Assembly: GCF_037042905.1 (NCBI RefSeq)
Contig: NC_087251.1
Span: 48,238,001 to 48,302,000, forward strand
DNA length: 64,000 bases
Source of the DNA: Lytechinus pictus
Lineage: Eukaryota
Direction of reading: 5' to 3'
Shown here: one piece after another, positions 1 to 12,470 of the stretch
Layout of the letters: the number at the start of each line of letters is the position of its first letter
How positions within the stretch are numbered: the first letter of the stretch is position 1
Notes under the pieces: model-generated
Seen by the model: only the letters and a program-made list of their open reading frames with translations
Database searches by the model: none
Told to the model about the DNA's origin: nothing
Translations under genes and position numbers: made by a program

Positions 1-59
1 CATTGTCTGTGAACAATGCTTTGCCCCCCCAATGCTTTGTCTCCTCCGAGTCACGGTAC

Positions 60-99
60 GCTACTGCTACTACTACTACTACTACTACTACTGCTGCTG

Positions 100-150
<51 letters not shown>

Positions 151-190
151 TGACTACGACTACTACTACTACTTCTACTACTAATACTAC
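60..190. repeat. (ACT)n trinucleotide microsatellite
   Basis: Direct ACT/CTA tandem run; explains the poly-Thr ORF 3..287. Confidence 0.95.
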
Positions 191-1874
191 GTTTAAAACT
201 TGTCTTAGAGAAAAAAGTAGAACATATAAGAAATTTACGAACAAGGATTATATATTATATGAAATTTTCGGCCCGTTCCTTGCATGATTGAGAATTTGGT
301 TCATTATATCAAATAGAGCAAAATCATCCATTATTTTTTATTTTGTTAAGATCTGCAGGAATGAGCCCGAATCATTTGGATTCTCTGCATAAACATTATG
401 ACTGCCTGATGACCCCCCCCCCCCCCCCGAAAATCTGATTAAACGTGCTCATGAAAATTCGATTTGACAGTTAATGAGTTAGTCTTATAAACGTCAGGAA
501 TACTCATTTGTACGGGGGCATAATTATCTTGTTATTCTGTGTGTGGCTGGATGATTATTTGATTGGTTGAGTTAATTGACTGGTTGATTGACTAATTCAA
601 TCATTGAATATTATTCTGTAATGAAAATTTAAACCCAAATTATTAGCAATAATTATGATACATAAATCTACATTATTGGTCGGAGTGTAAGATGTGGGGA
701 AATCATTAATGTCTTTCGATTTATCTTAGTTTATTACGATTATCATTCTATTCGGAAAGCAACCACTAAAAAGCGTGATTATAATGTTACATTTACTACC
801 AAATAAAGTATTAAAAAACGAAAATTGACAGCAGAGAAGGCGAAGGGCATAATAAGAAAACAAAAAGACAAGGTGAAATCGGGGAAAACCCGAGCACAAA
901 CGATTTTAGGGTCTAGTTTATTTGAAGACTTGTTTTGGCCAGACCCGGGGGGGGGGGTGGGCGGTTCAAGTATATTTTGATAAGAGGAGGGGGTGGCAAG
1001 GCGACTTAAGTTGACCTTTTCTCAATATTGAATATCAGTGGTAAATCATGTAGAGTTGCACAACCCAGATCTTTCTTTTTTTATCCTCATCTTCTTTATT
1101 CACTTTTCTTTCATTCACCTTTTTTCTTACAGTACTTGAAAATTCATAAGGGCAGTCGCCCCTTGCCCCTGTGGTGCCGCCCCTCTACCTCAATAATATT
1201 TAGACCAAATGGTAATATGTCAATTTTTTGTCGGAAAAAAAGGTTTCAACAAAATGCCATGATACACAGAAATCACGGGGATTTGACGAGTTGATTTTGA
1301 AGTAAGCTATATGGCTATTTGACAAATATTCATACAAATATTTCTTTAGATATAATTATTGTAATAACAGACTAATAAGCAAGACAAAACTGTTGGTTAT
1401 ATAATGAACACCTAGTGGGCAGAGCCCGGGTTAAAGGCTGGGGTTAAAGGTGGGGCGATTTCCCTCGATTGGGGGTTTCATCTCTCAAATGTAAATATGA
1501 ATAGGGAAGACAAGATTGATGACTCGTGCGGTAATGAATGCGGAAATACAGGCCTCGTTTGTTTAAAGGGCGTGATTTTTTATTGGACACTGGCAAGGCC
1601 CATTTATTCGATGTATGGTTTATTGTAGGTCCATGGTAAGATTAACCTGAGATCCGGCCTTGGATCAATGATTATTCCTGCGATATATCTCTGAATCGCG
1701 GGAATGGGGGGGGGGGGGGGGGGGGGCGGCGCACGGGTCTACCCTCATTGTTAATTGTCAAGTATTCTTTTTTTTGGTCATGCATCCCGGGACTTTGTCA
1801 TCTTGATTATTCAATCTCGGTGCAGGGGCAGCGGATTCTCTTCATCTATGTTTAGTCTATGTTGCCTTTTTTAA

Positions 1875-2452
1875 AGGTTAAGTCCACCCCCAGAATTTTT
1901 TTTATTTGAATCAATAGAGAAAAATCAAACAAGCAATACGCTGAAAATTACGAAATTGTAAAGTTTCGCTTATTTTTCACAAAACGGTTATAATTATGCA
2001 CAACCCAGTGGCATGTAAATGAGAGAATCAATGATGTCCCACTCACTATTTCTTTTGTTTTTTATTGTTTGAATTATACAATATTTCTTTTTTTTATACT
2101 GATTTGACAATAAGGACCAGCTCGAATGAGCCATAAAACGTTAAAACAATAATAATTCTACATGTTTAGAGAGGAATAAAACTTTTGTTTCATAGGACAA
2201 TGAGGAAAATTAGAATATTTCATACTGTATAATAATAAAATACAAAAGAAATAGTGAGTGAGTGATATCATCAGTCCCCTCATTTGCACACAAACCAGGA
2301 TGAGCATATAACTGTTCTGTGAAATTTAGCGAAACTTAATGTCATACTTTTCGTATTTTACATCCGATTTTTTGATGAAATTGTCAGTGTTAAGCTTGTT
2401 GGATTTCCTCTTTTTATTCAATTTAACTTTTTGTTGGGGTTGGACTTGTCCT
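1875..2452. mobile_element. Kolobok/T2-like MITE family A copy
   Basis: TTAA|AGGTTAAGTCCACC ... TGGACTTGTCCT ends with long imperfect TIRs; similar to 5959-6499 and 45320-45860; right TSD degraded. Confidence 0.75.
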
Positions 2453-3190
2453 TGGAAGATCATAGGGGGGGGGTGGTAGTTATCCCATCCTGTTACATAT
2501 ATACCTCATCTGTATATACTTATACATATTGCTTCTGAACGCAGACTTGATTAAGCCTCCTTTTTTTTTCTTCACATAAACTTCAATAATTGAAATTATA
2601 CACTTTTCTTCTGTAATAAATGATTTAAAAAGATGTTAATTAATGATGTCATTCAAATTGAAAGTAAAATACAATGAAATCTTCTTTGAAAGCTGAGCTT
2701 ACGAGCCTGAACATCCTGACCCTGATCGAGAGTGGACGAAGCTGCTTTGAGCCGCCTATTTGACTGTTATGCATACGGCAGATATATTCACAATTAACCA
2801 TGGAGATCTGACAAGAAAATGCATGTACGTTTCAAGCAAGTGAAATATTGTACATCAATAACCTTTTGGGCGAATGTAATATAATTAATTACCTTTTTAC
2901 AAACGATACCGCTATTCATATTCTGTATCGTGAACGCCAACCCCCCTCCCAACCACCGCGATCAGTCCTCTCAATTCCCAGGGTACTCTTACAAAATGAG
3001 CCACGCCCATTTTAAAAGAAAGTGACACGCCCACTTTTACCTCTGCTGTTATAATAGCTATTGGCAATGTGTTTTCCCACAATAACGTACGATGACGCAA
3101 GTTTTACACAGAGCCTTTTATCGTAGAGACAAAGTATACTCTGTCCCCCTTTTAGATTTATTTTTATACAAGCAATTATATACGACAAAA

Positions 3191-4010
3191 ACTTCCCCTG
3201 AACAGAATAATGAGATGATATTGCCTTTGACAGGACAGGGTATTTCAGGGCAGATCCAGTATTGTCTGGGGGGGGGGGGGCGACACAATTTCGCTGGTCG
3301 TTAAAGTTAAAGCTTTTGGATTTTTTTTTGTTAGGTGGAAATAGTCCTACAAAATGACTGAAGTTTAAGTTATGTTAGTTTGGATTGTTTTTACAAGATT
3401 AGATAATCCAAAAGACCCAAACCGATGAGAGTGTGAAGCGAGAGCTGATCATTTTGATATAATATACTTACCGAAAACTGGATATTCTAAGGGCTGTGTG
3501 AATTTATGAAGTCTAATGAAATAATATGAGCGCGAAGTACGAGCTGAACATTTTTTATATTACTAGAAATCAGGATTTTTTTAATTCTAAAATTCTAAAA
3601 TATATACGAACGACCATTACTTCCCCTGCACAGATAATGAGATGATGTTGCCTTTGACAGGACAGGGTGTCTCAGGAGAAGATCCAGTGTTGTCTGGGGG
3701 GGGGGGGCGAAACAAAATCTACCCTTTCGCTGGTCGGCTGCTCGCAGAGTTATAAGCTTTTGGATTTTTTTTGTTGGGGTGGAAATAGTCTTACAAAAAG
3801 ACTGAGGTTTAAGTTATGTTAGCGTTTATTATTTTTACAAGATTAGATTAGATCCAAAAGACCTAAATAATTGATGAGAGCGCGAAGCGAGAGCTGATCT
3901 TTCTTTAAATACTTCCCTGAAAACCGGCGGATACTTTAAGGACTGTAGGAATAATCAAATAATGTGAGCGCGAAGCACGAGCTGATTTTTTTTTTATATT
4001 ACTATAATCG
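3191..4010. repeat. ~430-bp local tandem duplication
   Basis: ACTTCCCCTG(A/C)ACAGA..TAATGAGATGAT..TGCCTTTGACAGGACAGGG starts at ~3191 and again at ~3620, with colinear downstream similarity. Confidence 0.85.
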
Positions 4011-4073
4011 GTATTTTCAAGCACTTTTTGTAGTCATAAATTATCTGTATTTCACTGAATAAATAGTGCAAGC

Positions 4074-4833
4074 CAGAGGCGTCGATCCTGGGGGGGGGGG
4101 GGGGGGGAGCAGGGGGGGCGATCGCCCCACCAATGAAAATATTGGGGGGGGGCTAACATATAATTTTGCCCCCAATAATTCCGCATGTGTAACTAAAAAT
4201 AAAATAAGATTGTAATGTTACACGGAAATCAGCAAGCGAGATCGAGATACCAACTAGTTCTTTATTTAAAATCGTGCTCAGAATGTCCGCTTTTCAGATT
4301 GGAATATAAAAAATTTCAGATCGCGCTTCGCGCTCGCATCATTTCTCTAGCAAAACCCCATACTTTTCATGATTAAATAGGTGAATAGAATGTCCTGTTT
4401 TCAGTTATATACCTCAAAAGAACTCCCGCTTCAATTTGCAATAATCTTTTGTTGGATATATATGTTCTTTATTAAAAATCGTCCATTAAACTATCATTTT
4501 TTCAGATCGAAATATCAAAATTTTCAGCTCGCGCTTCGCGCTCGCGTCTATTGTTCTTCTAGATACCCATCTTAATCATTGGTTCCAAAAATGCTTAGAA
4601 TATCAAGCTTTCAGGTCAGAATATAAAGAAATTTCAGCTCGCTCTCGGCACTCATTTTATCTGTGTATAGTGAGATACATGTATCTATCCCCCCTAATGA
4701 GTTACTACGAACAGTCCTAAACAGGTACCTTTTTCCTGTTTTCATGTCAGTATACGAAAAAATTTCAGCTCGCGCTTCGCGCTCGCATCAATTTGTTGGT
4801 GAGGGTGAGATATACGTCTCTTTCTCATGAGTC

Positions 4834-4880
<47 letters not shown>

Positions 4881-5003
4881 TATAATATAGGCCTATGTGT
4901 GTAGGGGTGTGTGTGGATGAGTTTATTCGTTTTTGTGTGAGCGCCTTTGGAACGTTGATTCACGATTTTGCCCCCCAATCTGAAAAATGGATCGACGCCC
5001 CTG
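4074..5003. mobile_element. hAT-like MITE with 8-bp TSD
   Basis: TIR CAGAGGCGTCGATCC / GGATCGACGCCCCTG; exact TSD GTGCAAGC at 4066-4073 and 5004-5011; internal CGCGCTTCGCGCTCGC repeats and a (TA)n tract. Confidence 0.85.
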
Positions 5004-5958
5004 GTGCAAGCGCGAAGCGTGAGCTGAAAATTTTCACTAAATACTGACCTGCCCAAAAGGGACATTTTTACGCCTGTTTTATAATCAACTAATTTTTTTT
5101 CATTTTATATGTACTTTTTTTTTTTATAACAGACGTACAGATGGGGGGGGGGCTTGGACCCCCAAATATTTAGGACAATGCAAGGAATATAATGGGGAAA
5201 AGAAAGAAGGGAGGAAGAAAAGGGATGAAATATGATACTTTTCGTAATATAATATCAATAATTCTCACAAAATCAGATTTTTTTAAATAACAGGACAATT
5301 TTTGCTTGCTCGCTTTGCTGCTCACATTAAAAAAAAAAATTTGATCCATATTTGGCCCCTTCATTTTTTTGCCTCATTACACCACACCTTTTTGTATTAT
5401 GAGCAGGATGCAAATCTAAATAATAATAAAAAAAAAAGAAATTAGAGTGAGACCGACCTAAAATGAGACATTAAGGAATGCTTGTAGTATGAAAGAGGAT
5501 ACATACCGTATACACTTATCAAATCATGTGAAGAGCTAGTCAAATAAATCTAATAATCATACTTGAAAACGGTATGTTTTACACACTTTCTGTAATCATA
5601 AACGGAATCCATGTTTTACTAAATGAATAATGGGAGCGCGAAGCGCGAGGTGTAATTTTTTTCTAATGAACTGATTATTCAACCAACTCCCTGGTTCAAC
5701 AAAATGGTTTGAGCACTGTTTTTTACGTAGAATATTTGTGAAAGTACAGAAATAATTCGAGCTTAGAGCGAGCTATTTTAAAAAAAAAATTCATATGTAG
5801 CTTTCTATCCAATCTCTGAATTTGTAAGATACGTGCTGTAAAATGCCCTTTAAACATGGCTGGAAAAATGGACGACCACTCCACTATTGTAAAATTGGAT
5901 TGTTAAATGATACTCGAGTATAATTCACATTATCATAATTATGATTATTGACCCTTAA

Positions 5959-6499
5959 AGGTCAAGTCCACCTCAGAAAAATGTTGATTTGAATCAATAG
6001 AGAAAAATCAGACAAGCATAATGCTGAAAATTTCATCAAAATCGGATGTAAAATAAGGAAGTTATGGCATTTTAAAGTTTCGCTTAATTTCACAAAATAG
6101 TTATATGCGCAAGTTATGCAAATGAGATAATCGATTATGTCCCTCACTCACTATTTCTTTTGTTTTGTATTGTTTGAATTATACAATATTCCATTTTTTA
6201 CAGATTTGACAATAAGGACCAACTTGACTGAACCATAAACTGTTAAACAATGGTTATTCCACATGTTCATGGAGAAATAAAACTTTGTTTCACAGGACAA
6301 TTAGGAGAAAATTAGAATATTTCATATAATAAAATACCACCCGGGATGTGCAGAGAACTGTATGTGAAATTAAGCGAAAATCTAAAATGTCATAACTTTC
6401 TTATTTTGCATCCGATTTTGGTGAAATTGTCACTGTTATGCTTGGAGGATTTTTCTCTTTTTTATTCAAATCAACATTTTGTTGGAGTGGACTTGTCCT
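5959..6499. mobile_element. Kolobok/T2-like MITE family A copy
   Basis: TTAA|AGGTCAAGTCCACC ... GTGGACTTGTCCT|TTAA; long inverted arms; source of pseudo-ORFs 5962..6147 and 6346..6537. Confidence 0.85.
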
Positions 6500-6544
6500 T
6501 TAACCAAAGCTTCAGACTGCCTATTCTGACAATTTGATATTTCC

Positions 6545-6860
6545 TTATGGCATTTGGCAAGCATTAGACATGTTAGACAGAATAACATGATTAATTATTA
6601 ATGCAACTCTTCATCTCAATTGTTTGGTAATCTATGTCTCACTTACAAAGAAGAAGCAAACAAAATGATAATTTTATTCGTCCCAATATTGATAGGGGGC
6701 CTATATTTTGTTCTTATGGCATTTGGCAAGCATTAGACATGGCAGACAAAATAACACGATTAATTATCAATGTTATGCTTCATCTCAATATTGTTTTGTA
6801 ATCTATGTCTTATTTACAATAAAGAAACAAACAAAAGGATGAGTTCGTCCTGATACCTTC
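6545..6860. repeat. ~170-bp tandem duplication
   Basis: TTATGGCATTTGGCAAGCATTAGACATG at ~6545 and ~6714 with colinear similarity afterwards. Confidence 0.8.
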
Positions 6861-7439
6861 GGAGTCCGGGTTCATGGACAATGAATAACCCGATAACATT
6901 GGTTTTGTATATCAAATGTTCTTTCATTTACAGACAGATGGAGAAATCTCCATGACTGGCGTACAGATGGGGGGGGGGGGGGGGGTGGTAGATTATGGTG
7001 GTTCGGACCACCACAAATTTCACTACCTAGATAAACAAAAAACGAGCACATAACAAAGGAAAGGAAAAGTGTTAAAACAATTAATATTTTGTCAAATTCT
7101 ATCACAAAATTAGATTTTTGTTGTAAATAATTCAAAATTTGTTAACTTGCTTCGCTCGATCGCAACTTTTTAAAAATAGAAATTTTGCCCCATATACCAT
7201 GCTGACCCCTCAACTTTTGCATGGCTTATTACGCCACTTGTGAGTTTCCTTGAGGATATTATCCACAATATTAACCCCACAATATAGTTATTTCTCTGTA
7301 ATAAACTGTAAACACGTAGCTTATATTTAGGATATTCTAGATCTCGAGCTACGTGTATTAGCAAGCATGGCAAGTGAGCATAAATATGATTAGTTATTAA
7401 GATGAGGGAGAATAGCTGCCCTATTTTTCCTTTGTTGAC

Positions 7440-7973
7440 ATCCTTTTTCCTGAAACGAAACGTCGCACTCCGCCTGACACACTAAACACACGTTGCACTC
7501 AGAGCGCAGTTGAGGTGAATGTTCGCCTGTCTGCGCTGCCACAGAAAATGATTGCACTAATTTTTCCTCCGACAACGAAAAATTCACGATTTCACGTCAT
7601 TGGTGATACTTGCTTCTCGAGCTTTCGTTTAGTTTGCCCGTCTCTCGTATAAAATACCGGACTTCGTTCCCGACCGAGGAAAGTCGTATTGTATAAAAAT
7701 CTGGATACCGTAACATTTATCTTTGAAGCTCCACATACATCCATCTCGCCGAGTGTCGATCATTGTGGTTTGTTTACACGTGGACAACTAATCGAGCGAA
7801 CACGAATTGTGCACGAAAACCACCTGAGCTTAGATAACATTATTGCGATCAGTTTGTCTTTGCCGCCTTTTCTCGCAGGTTATTTTGAAGTCTTCGTTCA
7901 GTGGATTTCTATCTCACTTCATTAGTTTTGTTGGAACTGCTCAGGGATTTTATTGTCTCGGGAGCCAGAACTC
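7440..7973 (+). promoter_or_regulatory. Probable promoter/5'UTR of the STUM-like gene
   Basis: Non-repetitive, CpG-richer stretch directly upstream of the ATG; TATAAAA-like motifs at ~7648 and ~7692. TSS not determinable. Confidence 0.4.
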
Positions 7974-8388
7974 ATGGCTGAAGAAGAAGGATGCGTTCCC
8001 TTATCCAACGACTACGATCGTTGCGAGGAGGAGCCCGATGCTGGGCCGAGCACCTCTGCCGGTGGTGGTGGTGGTGGGAGCAGCGGTGAGACCACCGAAC
8101 ATGGAGCTGCGGGGACCAGCCGATCGTGCCTGCAGACGGAGCAACGGGCAGGCATGTTGAAAGAGGAGGGAAGCAGCAGCGGGACCAACGGGGAGAAGAA
8201 GGGCCATCGAGTGACAATCAAGGACACAAACCCGACCTACCACAGGTCCGCCAGCGGTGGGACCAAACCTAAGGATGTTATAATAAGCGTGAGGGAGAAA
8301 CATGGATCGTTTCGTGCCGCTGTACCCTGCATGCCCACCCCCGTTGCCCTTATTTGCTGTCTGCTGAACATAGTTGCCCCTGGCACAG
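7974..8388 (+). CDS. STUM: STUM homolog / Spec3-family membrane protein, first coding exon (partial CDS)
   Basis: ATG at 7974; translation ends ISVREKHGSFRAAVPCMPTPVALICCLLNIVAPGT-G, matching the STUM motif as I recall it ([34 protein letters not shown]); canonical donor G|GTGAGT at 8389 (phase 1). Confidence 0.88.
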
Positions 8389-10044
8389 GTGAGTCCAATT
8401 CAGCAATCCTTGATCATATTCATATATAAAATCTGTTCCATATCTATATCTTTAATATTGGAGTGTTTATGGTTGTAGCACTAGCAGTGTCACAAGAAAA
8501 AAAAAGTAGAATTTTTAATTATTCAGATATTTCTATGCCTAGATAAAGTTATTGTTTAAATGTTTGAAAACACAATTACAGAACATTTAGGCCTATTCAT
8601 TTACAGACATACATTTTAGCATTTACAAACCCCCTATATAGCACTTTCCCATATTATGTCCAAAGCACTTTTCAGTATTAGTTCTGCCCACCAGGTACTT
8701 ACAATTATAGGCCTGGCCTAAAGAATATGCCAGTAACAAATCAAGTTTTAACATGTGAAGGCCCACCATCCTTAATAAATGCTCGAGAAAAGAATTTAAT
8801 ATGCACATGTGTCAAAATTTCATGTGTTTACCATAACACCGGGAACTGCCAAGAACGACAAAATAATCTATTGCTAATTGGTAAAAACTAAAAGAAAAAA
8901 TGCACCAAGCAGACAGGCTATACATCCCTGGCTATGAACATTAATTTTCAGGTGGGAAAACCTTGGTGTGCTGAAAAACTACATAGTTTATATGCCAGTA
9001 ACAATTCAATAAATTGATATTTGAGGGCCCATCGTCCATTTATAAATGCTCGTGTAAAGGTGTAGAAATCCATTAGATTCCATGTGTGTACCACTACCAC
9101 CTGGTACTACCCAGTACGAGAAAGCATGAATAGTGTTCATGGATAGCGTAGTGATAACGCCCCAAACAGTGCTTTGTCTACTAAACACATGCCATAAAAA
9201 TAATTGTCCATTATGCATGAAAACGATTTCCAATAGACAAATCGTGCATTCGACAATAAAAGCTCATACACCCACTTTTATTTGCTTTGAGGTCGCGAAC
9301 ACCATTCTCCTTGGCAGGTAGGAATGGGCGTGGTCGACCAACCTATAATACCGCATGACACCGCGCCGATTGGGGATTCCCCCTATTGACCCCACGTGAC
9401 CCCTGGAACTCGTGGAACCTCATTATTTGCGAGTGCTGCAATTGTTTGGCTTTAGGTGAGGGGGAAGGGAGGGGTCTTGTAACCATCCTGACAGTGGCCA
9501 TGGATTATGTGACCTCTATACTTTCATTGTTCTTGTCAGGTATAAAGTGTATATTTGTATTCCAATTGCTTGGAGGTTATTTTAATTTGATTAGTTGCTT
9601 GTTGGAAATATATTTGCCGTCACCATCATCGTCGTCGTCAATATCATCGTTACTATAATCATTATTGAATATTGTTTTATAAATCCTCAAACTTTGCATT
9701 CATCAGTTTATATAAAGGAGAACGATTTTATGACTGTACTACACGACGTAACGTTTGTCTTCAGAAAACATTAACATTTTGTTCTAATGGATCCTACTGC
9801 ATGGACTAAGGTCCATGCAGCCAACAAACTCGTGAATTGAATTGAATTGAATTTATTAGAACGTCACTGGCAATTGCCAATATTTTGTTCAAAACAAGAA
9901 GTACAAAATAATACAAAACAAATATACAATGCAAGGAATATAAGCAGATAAACAAAAACAAAATAGTATTTCGTCAAAAAGAGAAACAACTTATGTTTGC
10001 TTATAAATAGTAAATAATAGAAGGGAGGGATAAGCATGCAGGTG

Positions 10045-10258
10045 ACATATATACACATATACATACACATATACATACATACACATACACATATACATAT
10101 ACATACACATATACATACACATACACACATACACATATACATACACCCATACATACATACACACATATATACCCATATACATATACATACATACACATAT
10201 ACATACATATATACATACATACACACATAACATATATATACATATACAAATATACACA
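10045..10258. repeat. (CATA/CACATA)n microsatellite
   Basis: Direct low-complexity purine-pyrimidine repeat; source of several spurious ORFs. Confidence 0.95.
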
Positions 10259-10822
10259 ATCAACATAGGAATCATTCGGATAGATATTTTGACAATGATA
10301 ATATAAAGACTGATGTCCAAGAAAAGATAAAGAAAACATAAAGTGAGAGAGGAAAGGGAAATAAAGAGGAAAGAAGTTCGAGAATGGAGAGAGTGGGAAA
10401 GAGAGGAAGAATGAGAAGAATGGCATTACATGTAAACACAATGTGTAAATATATTACGATTACTACATAATGCTTGCCGGTTGATATTTTCAGTACTCAG
10501 AAATCACCCCTTATAGCAATTATGTTTTGGATAAAAGAACAAAACAATTTAATCAAGACTATATGTGTATATGCTCGTGTATATTGTCATGCACACTGTA
10601 CCATTTGGTCTAATTTCCATTAAAAAGAGCAAATGTGCACATTTCGAATGGACATTTAAAACAATATTAGTGGATTGTAAAAATAATAATGGTCACAAAC
10701 CCATGTAGATTATACTCTATAAAGACGAACAGTCATTTGCGTTTGTTACGTCATTGGAACATTATTAATGCTGAGTCTATTATTATGGTCACCAACTAGA
10801 CTATAATGGGGCTACAACTTAA

Positions 10823-11418
10823 AGGGGAATCCAGCCTTGGTCATAAATGTTGTGTTTGAAAGGAGAAAAATAAATAAAACAGCATTGTGAAAGTTTGAAA
10901 GCAATCGGACAAGCAATAAGAAAGTTAAGGCTGTTTTAAAATTGAGATCCCTAAGACTATGTAGACTTCAAATTGGCAACTGGGTAAGTAAATTATGACA
11001 AGGGGCAAGGACAACTTTCCCATAGGCCATGTACTTTATTATCAGTGATTTGTGGTGTTCTCCTAATTACCCATTCCCCTGGGGCAGTAATCTAAATATA
11101 GCCCAGGGAGTATATTGTTTTATGACCTCATGAAAGAAAAATTTAATTTGAAGTAAGACTTTTGAAAAAAATGTAATTTTAGTCATTTTATTTATTGGAG
11201 TACATTGAAGAGTATAGTCCTTGCCTTACATCACTATGACATCACATATGCGGCCAATTTGAAGTCTCCATGGTTATAGTGATTACCAATATTCACAGCT
11301 TTTGAAAATTCATAACTTTCTTATTATTTGTCCGATATTGTTCAAACTTTCACCTATCAACTTGTCTGATTTTCCTTTTTCCTCTAAAAACAAGTTTTTG
11401 TTTGGGTTGGATTCCCCT
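10823..11418 (+). mobile_element. Kolobok/T2-like MITE family B, full length
   Basis: TTAA|AGGGGAATCCA ... TGGATTCCCCT|TTAA; highly similar to 56279-56874. Confidence 0.9.
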
Positions 11419-12410
11419 TTAAGATAATAAGAATCATTCCCATTGATTACTTTAGGTCTTGCCATTAACTTCCTTCATGTAACTAAAACAACACGAAGTT
11501 CACATCATGAGTCGTGAAAGAACGATTTTCACAGACTGTTATAAGCTACTATAACCCTTGCATCTCTTTGGCTTGGTAGGAATTTGTCAGTGAAAATGGT
11601 TTCATGAAATACTCCCAAGACAGGCCTTTTTAATCATAATAAAGGTTAGAAACATAACCGCTAACTGCCCATTAAGCGTGCTGTAACCATACATTTATGA
11701 CTATTGTATTAGCACTTGTTAATATTGATTGAGATTGAGATGTTTATAGCGGTACGTATATTGCAAAGTATCGAACAGAATGAAGGGGAGGGGGGGGGGG
11801 GGTGTCGAAAACCCCCATAAAGAATTTATATTAATGCAAAGAGATGCGATGAGAATGATTGACAAATATTATATTGGCCCGTGTTATTGTTACGTGTTGA
11901 ATTAAATTGAAATAAATATATTTTAATTTGCTTAGTGCCTGCATTGAAAGTGATGTTTTATCTGTTTGGAATGTATATCGTTTATCATATTTAGTGCTTT
12001 TTAGTGTAGTTGATTGATAGTCGGAAAAATATGAATGATTAATCTCAGTAAGCCTATGTACAAACCCAATAGCGGATGCTTGAAAAATTATTTTAGACAT
12101 TAAAAGCAGCAGAGTTAAAACATTTTATTCAGCTAGAATATTCAGAGTTAGTTGACAATAATCACAGACGGGTATCAATATGTTTATCTTAATCTATTCA
12201 TGTTTCAGCCATATTAGGCCTATGTGTGAACAAATTACGTAACTATTCCTTTCATCATCAATGTCGCAGATTTTACAAACAACATTTTAGAATTTGTTTG
12301 ATGAATATAATGAAACTCGGTATAGAGAGTATGAATTTAGTTAAACATAAAATATGTTCACAATTCACATTCGAAGTTTAGAGTGAATGTAGTTTCTCAT
12401 AATTTATTAG

Positions 12411-12470
12411 GTCATTTTGCCTCCGACGAAGATTCTGCTAGGATCGAAAGCTTAGGCCCCTATTGACTTT
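12411..12470 (+). ncRNA. Minimal type-I hammerhead-ribozyme-like insertion (Penelope/retrozyme-type)
   Basis: GCCT-CCGACGA-A-GATTCT(GCT)AGGATC-GAAA-GC-TT-AGGC; flanked by 12-bp direct repeat ATAATTTATTAG (12399-12410, 12471-12482). Confidence 0.65.

Noticed and set aside
3..287. Thr-rich 94-aa ORF (mucin-like)
   Set aside because: Translation of an (ACT)n microsatellite with a non-ATG start; no other coding signal.
7843..8303. Alternative-frame and antisense ORFs over the STUM exon
   Set aside because: Shadow ORFs of a GC-rich exon; only the 7974 frame has a family motif.
9797..9820. Palindrome CTGCATGGAC-TAAG-GTCCATGCAG as a third footprint
   Set aside because: No flanking direct repeat and different termini.
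9864..10441. Several overlapping hydrophobic ORFs
   Set aside because: Translations of the (CATA)n microsatellite.
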